Shown: positions 28,310 through 41,500, counted from the stretch's first letter. The stretch is DNA of 64,000 bases from Eledone cirrhosa (GCA_964016885.1 OZ024760.1:30876001-30940000); one strand, 5' to 3'. Translations and numbers: made by a program. Notes: generated by a model not told the origin, from the letters alone.

Positions 28310-28499
28310 ATAATTGTTTCTACTTTAGGCACAAGGCCAGCAATTACCCAGTGCATTACTGGTACTTTATTTTATCGACCCCGTAAGGATGAAAGGCAAA
28401 GTCAACCTCGGCGGGATTTGTAACTCAGATCGTAAATGGACGTAACTATGCTGGAAAGCATGACGTCCGACCCCCTACAGATACTGCCAATCCACCACC
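28310..28499 (-). mobile_element. SINE copy 14 (group B, duplicate of copy 10)
   Basis: B-box insertion and cctacagata; offset 6653. Confidence 0.88.
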
Positions 28500-30789
28500 C
28501 TAATATAAAGTGTAATGTAATGTGTAATGTAATGTAATGTAATGTAATGTAATGTAATGTAATGTAATGTGTAATGTGTAATGTGTAATGTAATGTAATG
28601 TAATGTAATGTAATGTAATGTAATGTAATGAAATGTAATGTAATGTAATGTAATGTAATGTAATGTAATGTAATGTTATGTGTAATGTAATGTAATGTGT
28701 AATGTAATGTAATGTAATGTAATGTAATGTAATGTAATGTGTAATGTAATGTAATGTAATGTAATGGAACGTAATATTTAATGTCATGTAATGTAATGTA
28801 ATGTGTAATGTAATGTAAAATAATGTAATGTAATGTAATGTAATGTAAAGTAACGTGTAATGTAATGTAATGTGTAATGTAATGTAATGTGTAATGTAAT
28901 GTAATGTGTAATGTAATGTAATGTAATGTAATGTAATGTAATGTAATGTAATGTCTAATGTAATGTAATGTAATGTAATGTGTAATGTAATGTAATGTAA
29001 TGTAAAGTAACGTGTAATGTAATGTAATGTAATGTAATGTAATGTAATGTAAAGTGTAATGTAATGTGTAATGTAATATAATGTAATGTAATGTAATGTG
29101 TAATGTAATGTAATGTAATGTAATGTAATGTAATCTGGAATGTAATGTAAAGTAATGTAATGTAATGTAATGTAATGTGTAATGTAATGTAACGTAATGT
29201 AATGTAATGTAATGTAATGTAATGTAATGTAATGTAATGTAATGTAATGTAATGTAATGTAATGTAATGTAATGTAATGTAATGTAATGTAATGTGTAAT
29301 GTGTAATGTAATGTAATGTGTAATGTAATGTGTAATGTAATGTAATGTAATGTAATGTAATGTAATGTAGTGTAATGTAATGTAATGTAATGTGTAATGT
29401 AATGTAATGTAATGTAAAGTAATGTAATGTAATGTAATGTAATGTAATGTAATGTGTAATGTAATGTAATGTAATGTAATGTAATGTGTAATGTAATGTA
29501 ATGTATTCTGTAATGTCATGTAATGTAATGTAATGTGTAATGTAATGTAATGTAAGGTAATGTAATGTAATGTAACGTAATGTAATGTAATGTAATGTGT
29601 AATGTAATGTAATGTAATATAATGTAATGTAATGTAATGTAAGGTAATGTAAGGTAATGTAATGTAATGTAATGTAATGTAATGTAATGTAATGTAATGT
29701 AATGTAACGTAATGTAATGTGTAATGTAATGTAATGTAAAGTAATGTAATGTAATGTCTAATGTAAGGTAATGTAACGTATATGTAATGTAACGTAATGT
29801 AATGTGTAATGTAACGTGTAATGTAATGTAATGTAATGTAATGTAATCTAATGTGTAATGTAATGTAATGTAATGTAATGTAATGTAATGTGTAATGTAA
29901 TGTGTAATGTAATGTAATGTAATGTAGTGTAATGTGTAATGTAATCTAATGTAATGTAATGTAATGTGTAATGTAATGTAATGTAATGTAATGTAATGTA
30001 ATGTAATGTGTAATGTAATGTAATGTAATGTAATGTGTAATGTAATGTAATGTAATGTAATGTAATATAATGTAATGTAATGTAATGTAAGGTAATGTGT
30101 AATGTAATGTAAAGTGTAATGTAATGTAATGTAATGTAATGTGTAATGTAATGTAATGTAATGTGTAACGTAATGTAATGTAATGTAATGTAATGTGATG
30201 TAATGTAATGTGTAATGTAATGTAATGTAATGTAATGTACTGTAATGTGTAATGTAATGTAATGTAATGTAATATAATGTGTAATGTAATGTAATGTAAT
30301 GTAATATAATGTGTAATGTAATGTAATGTAATGTAATGTACTGTAATGTGTAATGTAATGTAAGGTAATGTAATGTAATGTAATGTAATGTAACGTAATG
30401 TAATGTAAGGTAATGTAATGTAATGTAATGTAATGTGTAATGTAATGTAATGTAATGTAATGTGTAATGTAATGTAATGTGTAATGTAATGTAATGTAAT
30501 GTGTAATGTAATGTAATGTAATGTAATGTGTAATGTAATGTAATGTATGTGTAATGTAATGTAATGTAATGTAATCTAATGTAATGTAATGTGTAATGTA
30601 ATGTAATGTAATGTAATGTGTAATGTAATGTAATGTAATGTAATGTAATGTAATGTAATGTAATGTCTAATGTAATGTAACGTAATGTAATGTAATGTAA
30701 TGTAATGTGTAATGTAATGTGTAATGTAATGTGTAATGTAATGTAAAGTAATGTAATGTAATGTGTAATGTAATGTAATGTAATGTAAT

Positions 30790-30978
30790 ATAATTGTTTC
30801 TACTTTAGGCACAAGGCCAACAATTAACCAGTGCATTACTGGTACTTTATTTTATCGACCCCGTAAGGATGAAAGGCAAAGTCAACTTCGGCGGGATTTG
30901 AACTCAGATCGTAAATGGACGTAACTATGCTGGAAAGCATGACGTCCGACCCTCTACCGATACTGCCAATCCACCACC
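30790..30978 (-). mobile_element. SINE copy 15 (group C)
   Basis: ggccaacaattaacc and caacttcgg; intact B box; right flank ctaatatgaag. Confidence 0.88.
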
Positions 30979-32264
30979 CTAATATGAAGTGTAATGTAAT
31001 GTAATGTAATGTAATGTAATCTGTAATGTAATGTAATGAGTAATGTAATGTAATGTGATGTGTAATGTAATGTAACGTAATGTAATGTAAAGTAATGTAA
31101 TGTAATGTAATGTAATGTAATGTAATGTAATATAACGTGTAATGTAATGTAATGTAATGTAATGTAATATAATGTAATGTGTAATGTAATGTAATGTAAT
31201 GTAATGTAATGTAATGTAATGTAATGTAATGTAATGTGTAATGTAATGTAATGTAATATAATGTAATGTAATGTAATGTAATGTAAGGTAATGTAAGGTA
31301 ATGTAATGTAATGTAATGTAATGTAATGTAATGTAACGTAATGTAATGTGTAATGTAATGTAATGTAAAGTAATGTAATGTAATGTCTAATGTAAGGTAA
31401 TGTAATGTGTAATGTAACGTGTAATGTAATGTAATGTAATGTAATGTAATCTAATGTGTAATGTAATGTAATGTAATGTAATGTGTAATGTAATGTGTAA
31501 TGTAATGTAATGTAATGTAATGTTATGTGTAATGTAATCTAATGTAATGTAATGTAATGTGTAATGTAATGTAATGTAATGTAATGTAATGTAATGTGTA
31601 ATGTAATGTAATCTTATGTGTAATGTAATGTAATGTAATGTAATATAATGTAATGTAATGTAATGTAAGGTAATGTGTAATGTAATGTAAAGTGTAATGT
31701 AATGCAATGTAATGTAATGTGTAATGTAATGTAATGTATTGTGTAACGTAATGTAATGTAATGTAATGTAATGTGATGTAATGTAATGTGTAATGTAATG
31801 TAATGTAATGTAATATAATGTGTAATGTAATGTAATGTAATGTAATGTACTGTAATGTGTAATGTAATGTAATGTAATGTAAGGTAATGTAATGTAATGT
31901 AATGTAACGTAATGTAAGGTAATGTAATGTAATGTAATGTAATGTGTAATGTAATGTAATGTAATGTAATGTAATGTGTAATGTAATGTAATGTAATGTA
32001 ATGTGTAATGTAATGTAATGTAATGTATGTGTAATGTAATGTAATGTAATGTAATGTAATCTAATGTAATGTAATGTGTAATGTAACGTAATGTAATGTA
32101 ATGTAATGTAATGTGTAATGTAATGTAATGTAATGTCTAATGTAATGTAACGTAATGTAATGTAATGTAATGTAATGTGTAATGTAATGTGTAATGTAAT
32201 GTGTAATGTAATGTAAAGTAATGTAATGTAATGTGTAATGTAATGTAATGTAATGTAATGTAAT

Positions 32265-32453
32265 ATAATTGTTTCTACTTTAGGCACAAGGCCAACAATT
32301 ACCCAGTGCATTACTGGTACTTTATTTTATCGACCCCGTAAGGATGAAAGGCAAAGTCAACTTCGGCGGGATTTGAACTCAGATCGTAAATGGACGTAAC
32401 TATGCTGGAAAGCATGACGTCTGACCCTCTACCGATACTGCCAATCCACCACC
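32265..32453 (-). mobile_element. SINE copy 16 (group C)
   Basis: ggccaacaattaccc, caacttcgg and gacgtctgacc. Confidence 0.88.
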
Positions 32454-33240
32454 CTAATATAAAGTGTAATGTAATGTAATGTAATGTAATGTGTAATGTA
32501 ATGTAATGTAATGTAATGTAATATAATGTAATGTAATGTAATGTAAGGTAATGTGTAATGTAATGTAAAGTGTAATGTAATGTAATGTAATGTAATGTGT
32601 AATGTAATGTAATGTAATGTGTAACGTAATGTAATGTAATGTAATGTAATGTGATGTAATGTAATGTGTAATGTAATGTAATGTAATGTAATGTACTGTA
32701 ATGTGTAATGTAATGTAATGTAATGTAATATAATGTGTAATGTAATGTAATGTAATGTAATATAATGTGTAATGTAATGTAATGTAATGTAATGTACTGT
32801 AATGTGTAATGTAATGTAAGGTAATGTAATGTAATGTAATGTAATGTAACGTAATGTAATGTAAGGTAATGTAATGTAATGTAATGTAATGTGTAATGTA
32901 ATGTAATGTAATGTAATGTGTAATGTAATGTAATGTGTAATGTAATGTAATGTAATGTGTAATGTAATGTAATGTAATGTAATGTGTAATGTAATGTAAT
33001 GTATGTGTAATGTAATGTAATGTAATGTAATCTAATGTAATGTAATGTGTAATGTAATGTAATGTAATGTAATGTGTAATGTAATGTAATGTAATGTAAT
33101 GTAATGTAATGTAATGTCTAATGTAATGTAACGTAATGTAATGTAATGTAATGTAATGTGTAATGTAATGTGTAATGTAATGTGTAATGTAATGTAAAGT
33201 AATGTAATGTAATGTGTAATGTAATGTAATGTAATGTAAT

Positions 33241-33429
33241 ATAATTGTTTCTACTTTAGGCACAAGGCCAACAATTAACCAGTGCATTACTGGTACTTTA
33301 TTTTATCGACCCCGTAAGGATGAAAGGCAAAGTCAACTTCGGCGGGATTTGAACTCAGATCGTAAATGGACGTAACTATGCTGGAAAGCATGACGTCCGA
33401 CCCTCTACCGATACTGCCAATCCACCACC
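33241..33429 (-). mobile_element. SINE copy 17 (group C, duplicate of copy 15)
   Basis: Same variants as copy 15. Confidence 0.88.
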
Positions 33430-34705
33430 CTAATATGAAGTGTAATGTAATGTAATGTAATGTAATGTAATCTGTAATGTAATGTAATGAGTAATGTAAT
33501 GTAATGTGATGTGTAATGTAATGTAACGTAATGTAATGTAATGTAATGTAATGTAATGTAATGTAATGTAATGTAATGTAATGTAATATAACGTGTAATG
33601 TAATGTAATGTAATGTAATGTAATATAATGTAATGTGTAATGTAATGTAATGTAATGTAATGTAATGTAATGTAATGTAATGTAATGTAATGTGTAATGT
33701 AATGTAATGTAATATAATGTAATGTAATGTAATGTAATGTAAGGTAATGTAAGGTAATGTAATGTAATGTAATGTAATGTAATGTAATGTAACGTAATGT
33801 AATGTGTAATGTAATGTAATGTAAAGTAATGTAATGTAATGTCTAATGTAAGGTAATGTAATGTGTAATGTAACGTGTAATGTAATGTAATGTAATGTAA
33901 TGTAATCTAATGTGTAATGTAATGTAATGTAATGTAATGTGTAATGTAATGTGTAATGTAATGTAATGTAATGTAATGTTATGTGTAATGTAATCTAATG
34001 TAATGTAATGTAATGTGTAATGTAATGTAATGTAATGTAATGTAATGTGTAATGTAATGTAATCTTATGTGTAATGTAATGTAATGTAATGTAATATAAT
34101 GTAATGTAATGTAATGTAAGGTAATGTGTAATGTAATGTAAAGTGTAATGTAATGCAATGTAATGTAATGTGTAATGTAATGTAATGTATTGTGTAACGT
34201 AATGTAATGTAATGTAATGTAATGTGATGTAATGTAATGTGTAATGTAATGTAATGTAATGTAATATAATGTGTAATGTAATGTAATGTAATGTAATGTA
34301 CTGTAATGTGTAATGTAATGTAATGTAATGTAAGGTAATGTAATGTAATGTAATGTAACGTAATGTAAGGTAATGTAATGTAATGTAATGTGTAATGTAA
34401 TGTAATGTAATGTAATGTAATGTGTAATGTAATGTAATGTAATGTAATGTGTAATGTAATGTAATGTAATGTATGTGTAATGTAATGTAATGTAATGTAA
34501 TCTAATGTAATGTAATGTGTAATGTAACGTAATGTAATGTAATGTAATGTAATGTGTAATGTAATGTAATGTAATGTCTAATGTAATGTAACGTAATGTA
34601 ATGTAATGTAATGTAATGTGTAATGTAATGTGTAATGTAATGTGTAATGTAATGTAAAGTAATGTAATGTAATGTGTAATGTAATGTAATGTAATGTAAT
34701 GTAAT

Positions 34706-34894
34706 ATAATTGTTTCTACTTTAGGCACAAGGCCAACAATTACCCAGTGCATTACTGGTACTTTATTTTATCGACCCCGTAAGGATGAAAGGCAAAGTCA
34801 ACTTCGGCGGGATTTGAACTCAGATCGTAAATGGACGTAACTATGCTGGAAAGCATGACGTCTGACCCTCTACCGATACTGCCAATCCACCACC
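34706..34894 (-). mobile_element. SINE copy 18 (group C, duplicate of copy 16); last SINE in the window
   Basis: Same variants as copy 16. Confidence 0.88.
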
Positions 34895-37800
34895 CTAATA
34901 TAAAGTGTAATGTAATGTAATGTAATGTAATGTAATGTAATGTAATGTAATGTAATGTAATGTAATGTAATGTAATGTAATGTAATGTAATGTAATGTAA
35001 TGTAATGTGTAATGTAATGTAATGTAATGTAATGGAATGTAATGTAATGTAATGTAATCTGTAATGTAATGTAATGAGTAATGTAATGTAATGTAATGTG
35101 TAATGTAATGTAACGTAATGTAATGTAATGTAATGTAATGTAATATAACGTGTAATGTAATGTAATGTAATGTAATGTAATGTAATGTAGTGTGTAATGT
35201 AATGTAATATAATGTAATGTGTAATGTAATGTAATGTAATGTAATGTAATGTAATGTAATGTAATGTGTAATGTAATGTAATGTAATGTAATGTAATGTA
35301 ATGTAATGTGTAATGTGTAATGTAATGTAATGTAATGTGTAATGTAATGTAATGTAATGTAATGTGTAATGTAATGTAATGTAATGTAATGTAATGTAAT
35401 GTAATGTAATGTGTAATGTTTAATGTATAATGTAATGTAATGTAATGTAATGTAATGTAATGTAATGTAATGTAATGTAATGAAATGTAATGTAATGTAA
35501 TGTAATGTAATGTTATGTGTAACGTAATGTAACGTGTAATGTAATGTAATGTAATGTAATGTAATCTAATTTAATGTAATGTAATGTGTAATGTAATGTA
35601 ATGTAATGTAATGTAATGTGTAATGTAATGTAATGTAATATAATGTAATGTAATGTAATATGTAATGTCATGTAATGTAATGTAATGTGTAATGTAATGT
35701 AAAATAATGTAATGTAATGTAATGTAATGTAATGTAATGTGTAATGTAAGGTAATGTAATGTAATGTAAAGTAATGTGTAATGTAATGTAATGTAATGTA
35801 ATGTAATGTAATGTAATGTCTAATGTAATGTAATGTAATGTAATGTGTAATGTAATGTAATGTAATGTAATATAATGTAATGTAATGTAAAGTGTAATGT
35901 AATGTGTAATGTAATGTAATGTAATGTAATGTAATGTAATGTGTAATGTAATGTAATGTAATGTAATGTAATGTAATGTAATCTGGAATGTAATGTAAAG
36001 TAATGTAGTGTAATGTAATGTAATGTGTAATGTAATGTAATGTAATGTGTAATGTAATGTAATGTAATGTAATGTAATATGTAATGTAATGTAATGTAAT
36101 GTAATGTAACGTAATGTAATGTAATATAATGTAATGTAATGTGTAATGTAATGTAATGTAATGTAATGTAACGTAATGTAATGTAATGTGTAATGTAATG
36201 TAATGTAATGTGTAATGTAATGTAACGTAATGTAATGTAATGTAATGTGTAATGTAATGTAATGTAATGTAATGTGTAATGTAATGTAACGTAATGTAAT
36301 GTAATGTAATGTAATGTAATGTAATGTAATGTAATGTAATGTAATGTAATGTAATGTAATGTAATGTAATGTAATGTGTAATGTGTAATGTAATGTAATG
36401 TAATGTAATGTAATCTAATGTAATGTAATGTAATGTGTAATGTAATGTGTAATGTAATGTAATGTAATGTAATGTAATTTAATGTAATGTAATGTGTAAT
36501 GTAATGTAATGTAATGTAATGTATAATGTAATGTAATGTAATGTAATGTAATGTAATTAATGTAATGTAATGTGTAATGTAATGTAATGTAATGTAATGT
36601 AATGTAATGTAATGAGTAATGTAATGTAATGTGCAACGTAAGGTAACGTAATGTAATGTAATGTAATGTAATGTGTAATGTAATGTAATGTAATGTAATG
36701 TAATGTAATGTAATGTGTAATGTAAGGTAATGTAATGTAATGTAATGTAATGTAATGTAATGTAATGTAATGTAATGTAATGAAACGTAATGTAATGTAA
36801 TGTAATGTAATGAAACGTAATGTAATGTGTAATGTAATGTAATGTAAAGTAATGTGTAATGTAATGTAATGTAATGTAATGTGTAATGTAATGTAATGTA
36901 ATGTAACGTAATGTAATGTAATGTAATGTAATGTAATGTAATGTGTAATGTAACGTGTAATGTAATGTAATGTAATGTAATGTAATGTAATGTGTAATGT
37001 AATGTAATGTAATGTAATGTAATGAAATGTAATGTAATGTAATGTAATGTAATGTAATGTAATGTTATGTGTAACGTAATGTAACGTGTAATGTAATGTA
37101 ATGTAATGTAATGTAATGTGTAATGTAATGTAATGTAATGTAATGTAATGTAATGTAATGTGTAATGTAATGTAATGTAATGTAATGTGTAATGTAACGT
37201 AACGTAATGTAATGTAATGTGTAATTTAATGTAATGTAACGTAATGTAATGTAATGTTTAACGTAATGTAATGTAATGTAATGTGTAATGTGTCATGTAA
37301 TGTAATGTAATGTAATGTAATGTAATGTGTAATGTAATGTAATGTAATCTAATGTAATGTAATGTAATGTAATGTAACATGTAATGTAATGTAATGTAAT
37401 GTAATGTAATGTGTAATGTAATGTAATGTAATGTGTAATGTAACGTAATGTAATGTAATGTGTAATGTCATATAATGTAATGTGCAATGTAAGGTAATGT
37501 AATGTAATGTAATGTAATGTGTAATGTAATTTAATGTAATGTAATGTAATGTGTAATGTAAGGTAATGTAATGTAATGTAATGTAATGTTTATGTGTAAT
37601 GTAATGTAACGCAATGTAATGTAATGTAATGTAATGTAATGTGGAATGTAATGTAATGTAATGTAATGTAATGTGTAATGTAATGTAATGTGTAATGTAA
37701 TGTAATGTTACGTGTAATGTAATGTAATGTAATGTAATGTGTAAAGTAATGTGTAATGTAATGTAATGTAATGTAATGTGTAATGTAATGTAATGTAATG

Positions 37801-38599
37801 TAATGTAATATAATGTAATGTAATGTGTAATGTAATGTAATGTAAAGTGTAATGTAATGTAATGTAATGTAATGTAATGTAATGTGTAATGTAATGTGTA
37901 ATGTAATGTAATGTAATGTGTAACGTAATGTAATGTAATGTAATGTAAGGTAATGTAATGTAATGTAATGTGTAATATAATGTAATGTAATGTAATGTAA
38001 TATAATGTGTAATGTAATGTAATGTAATGTACTGAAATGTGTAATGTAATGTAATGTAATGTAATGTAATGTAATGTAATGTAATGTAATGTAATGTGTA
38101 ATGTAATGTAATGTAATGTAATGTGTAATGTAATGTAATGTAATGTAATGTAATGTAATGTAATGTAATGTGTAATGTAATGTAATGTAATGTGTAATGT
38201 AAGGTAATGTAATGTGTAATGTAATGTAATGTAATGTAATGTAATGTAAAGTAATGTGTAATGTAATGTAATGTAATGTAATGTAATGTAATGTAATGTA
38301 ATGTAATGTAATGTAATGTAACGTAATGTAATGTAATGTAATGTAATGTAATGTAATGTAATGTAATGTAATGTAATGTGTAATGTGTAATGTGTAATGT
38401 AATGTAATGTAATGTAATGTAATGTAATGTAATGTGTAATGTGTAAAGTAATGTAATGTAATGTAATGTGTAATGTAATGTAATTTAATGTAATGTGTAA
38501 TGTAATGTAATGTAATGTAATGTAATGTAATGTAATGTAATGTAATGTAATGTAATGTAATGTAATGTAATGTAATGTAATGTAATGTAATGTAATGTG

Positions 38600-41500
38600 T
38601 AATGTAATGTAATATAATGTGTAATGTCATGTAATGTAATGTAATGTAATGTATAGTAATGTGTAATGTAATGTAATGTAATGTAATGTAATGTGTAATG
38701 TAATGTAATGTGTAATGTAATGTAATGTAATGTAATATAATGTGTAATGTAATGTAATGTGTAATGTAATGTAATGTAATGTAATGTAATGTAATGTAAT
38801 GTAATGTAATGTAATGTGTAATGTAATGTAATGTAATGTAATGTAATGTAATGTAATGTAATGTAATGTAATGTAATGTAATGTTATGTAATGTAATGTA
38901 ATGTAATATAATGTAATGTGTAATGTAATGTAATGTAATGTAATGTAATGTAATGTAATGTAATGTAATGTAATGTAATGTAATGTAATGTAATGTAACG
39001 TAATGTAATCTAATGTAATGTAATGTAATGTAATGTAACGTAATGTAATCTCATGTAATGTAATGTAATGTAATGTAATGTAATGTAATGTAATGTAATG
39101 TAATGTAATGTAATGTAATGTAATGTAATGTGTAATGTAATGTAATGTAATGTGTAACGTAATGTAATGTAATGTAATGTAATGTGTAATGTAATGTAAT
39201 GTAATGTAATATAATGTAATGTAATGTGTAATGTAATGTAATGTAATGTAATGTAATGTAATGTGTAATGTAATGTAATGTAATGTAAGGGAATGTAATG
39301 TAATGTAATGTGCAATGTAATGTAATGTAATGTAATGTAATGTAATGTAATGTGTAATGTAATGTAATGTAATGTAATGTAATGTGTAATGTAATGTAAT
39401 GTAATGTAATCTAATGTAATGTAATGTAATGTAATGTGTAATGTAACGTAATGTAATGTAATGTAATGTAATGTAATGTGTAATGTCATGTAATGTAATG
39501 TAATGTAATGTATAGTAATGTGTAATGTAATGTAATGTAATGTAATGTAATGTAATATGTAATGTAATCTAATGTGTAATGTAATGTAATGTAATGTAAT
39601 GTAATGGAATGTGTAATGTAATGTAATGTGTAATATAATGTAATGTAATGTAATGTGTAATGTAATGTAATGTAACGTAATGTAATGTGTAATGTAATGT
39701 AATGTAATGTAATGTAATGTAATGTAATGTAATGTAATGTAATGTAATGTAACGTAATGTAATGTAATGTAATGTAATGTAATGTAATGTAATGTAATGT
39801 AATGTAATATAATGTAATGTAATGCAATGTGTAATGTAATGTAATGTAATGCAACGTGTAATGTAATGTGATGCAATGTGTAATGTAATGTAATGTAATG
39901 TAATGTAATGTATTGTAATGTAATGTAATGTAATGTAATTTAATGTAATGTAATGTAATGTAATGTAATGTAATGTAATGTAATGTAATGTGTAATGTAA
40001 TATAATGTAATGTAACATAATGTAATGTAATGCAATGTAAAGTGTAATGTAGTGTTATGTAATGTAATGTAATGTAATGTGTAACGTAATGTAATGTAAT
40101 GTAACGTAATGTAATGTAATATAATGTCTAATGTAATGTAAAGTAATGTAATGTGTAATGTAATGTAATGTAATATAATGTGTAATGTAATGTAATGTAA
40201 TGTAATGTAATGTAATGTAATGTAATATAATGTAATGTGTAATGTAATGTAATATAATGTGTAATGTAATGTAATGTGTAATGTAATGTAATGTGTAATG
40301 TAATGTAATGTAATGTAATGTAATGTAAGGTAATGAAATGTAATGTAATGTAATGTGTAATGTAATATAATGTAATGTAATGTAATGTAATGTAATGTAA
40401 TGTAATGTAACGTAACGTAACGTAATGTAATGTAATGTAATGTAATGTGTAATGTGTAATGTAATGTAATGTAATGTAATGTAATGTAATGTAATGTAAT
40501 GTGTAATGTGTAAAGTAATGTAATGTAATGTAATATGTAACGTAATGTAGTGTTATGTAATGTGAAATGTAATGTAATGTAATGTAACGTGTAATGTAAT
40601 GTAATGTAATGTAATGTAATGTGTAATGTAATGTAATGTAATGTAATGTAATGTGTAATGTAATGTAATGTGTAATGTAATGTAATGTAATGTAATGTGT
40701 AATATAATGTAATGTAATGTAACGTAACGTGTAATGTAATGTAATTTAATGTAATGTAATGTAATGTAATGTAATGTAATGTAATGTAATGTAATGTAAT
40801 GTAATGTAATGTAATGTAATGTAATGTAATGTAATGTAATGTATGTAATATAATGTAATGTAATGTGTAATGTAATGTAATGTAATGTAATGTAATGTAA
40901 TGTAATGTAATGCAATGTGTAATGTAGTTTAATTTAATGTGTAATGTAATGTAATGTAATGTGTAATGTAATGTAATGTAATGTGTAATGTAATGTAATG
41001 TAATGTAATGTAATGTAATGTAATGTAATGTGTAATGTCAGGTAATGTAATGTAATGTAATGTATAGTAATGTGTAATGTAATGTAATGTAATGTGTAAT
41101 GTAATGTAATGTGTAATGTAATGTAATGTAATGTAATGTGTAATGTAATGTAATGTGTAATGTAATGTAATGTAATCTAATGTAATGTAATGTAATGTAA
41201 TGTAATGTAATGTGTAATGTAATGTAATGTAATGTAATGTAATGTAATGTAATGTAATATAATGTAATGTAATGCAATGTGTAATGTAATGTAATGTAAT
41301 GTAATGTAATGCAATGTGTAATGTAATGTAATTTAATTTGTAATGTAATGTAATGCAATGTGTAATGTAATGTAATGTAATGTGTAATGTAATGTAATGT
41401 AATGTAATGTAATGTAATGTGTAATGTAATGTAATGTAATGTAATGTAATGTAATGAAATGTAATGTAATGTAATGTAATGTAATGTAATGTGTAATGTA

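Larger units (their letters stand above)
16265..29590. repeat. Near-perfect tandem duplication of a ~6.65 kb unit carrying four SINE copies (about 16265-22930 and 22930-29590)
   Basis: SINE pairs 7/11, 8/12, 9/13 and 10/14 are each offset by exactly 6653 bp and share private variants. The AAAA markers at 22164 and 28817 are also 6653 apart. Confidence 0.93.
1..34910. repeat. Composite higher-order repeat domain: satellite blocks alternating with 18 co-oriented SINE copies (start-to-start spacing 865-3992 bp)
   Basis: SINE starts at 1532, 5524, 7804, 10446, 12969, 14721, 17773, 19901, 20792, 21657, 24426, 26554, 27445, 28310, 30790, 32265, 33241, 34706. Rare satellite variants (gtttaacg, gtcatata, aacgcaat, gtggaat, gttacgtg, gtactgaaat) recur in the same order before several copies. 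Confidence 0.93.
30050..34910. repeat. Tandem duplication of a ~2.45 kb unit carrying two SINE copies
   Basis: Copies 15/17 are offset by 2451 and copies 16/18 by 2441, with shared private variants. Flank markers aatgagt, aatcttatg and gtattgtgtaacg each appear in both units. Confidence 0.9.

Noticed and set aside
1532-34894. CRISPR-like appearance (constant element separated by variable spacers)
   Set aside because: The constant element is ~190 bp, the spacers are kb-long satellite that is homologous between units, and there are no cas genes.
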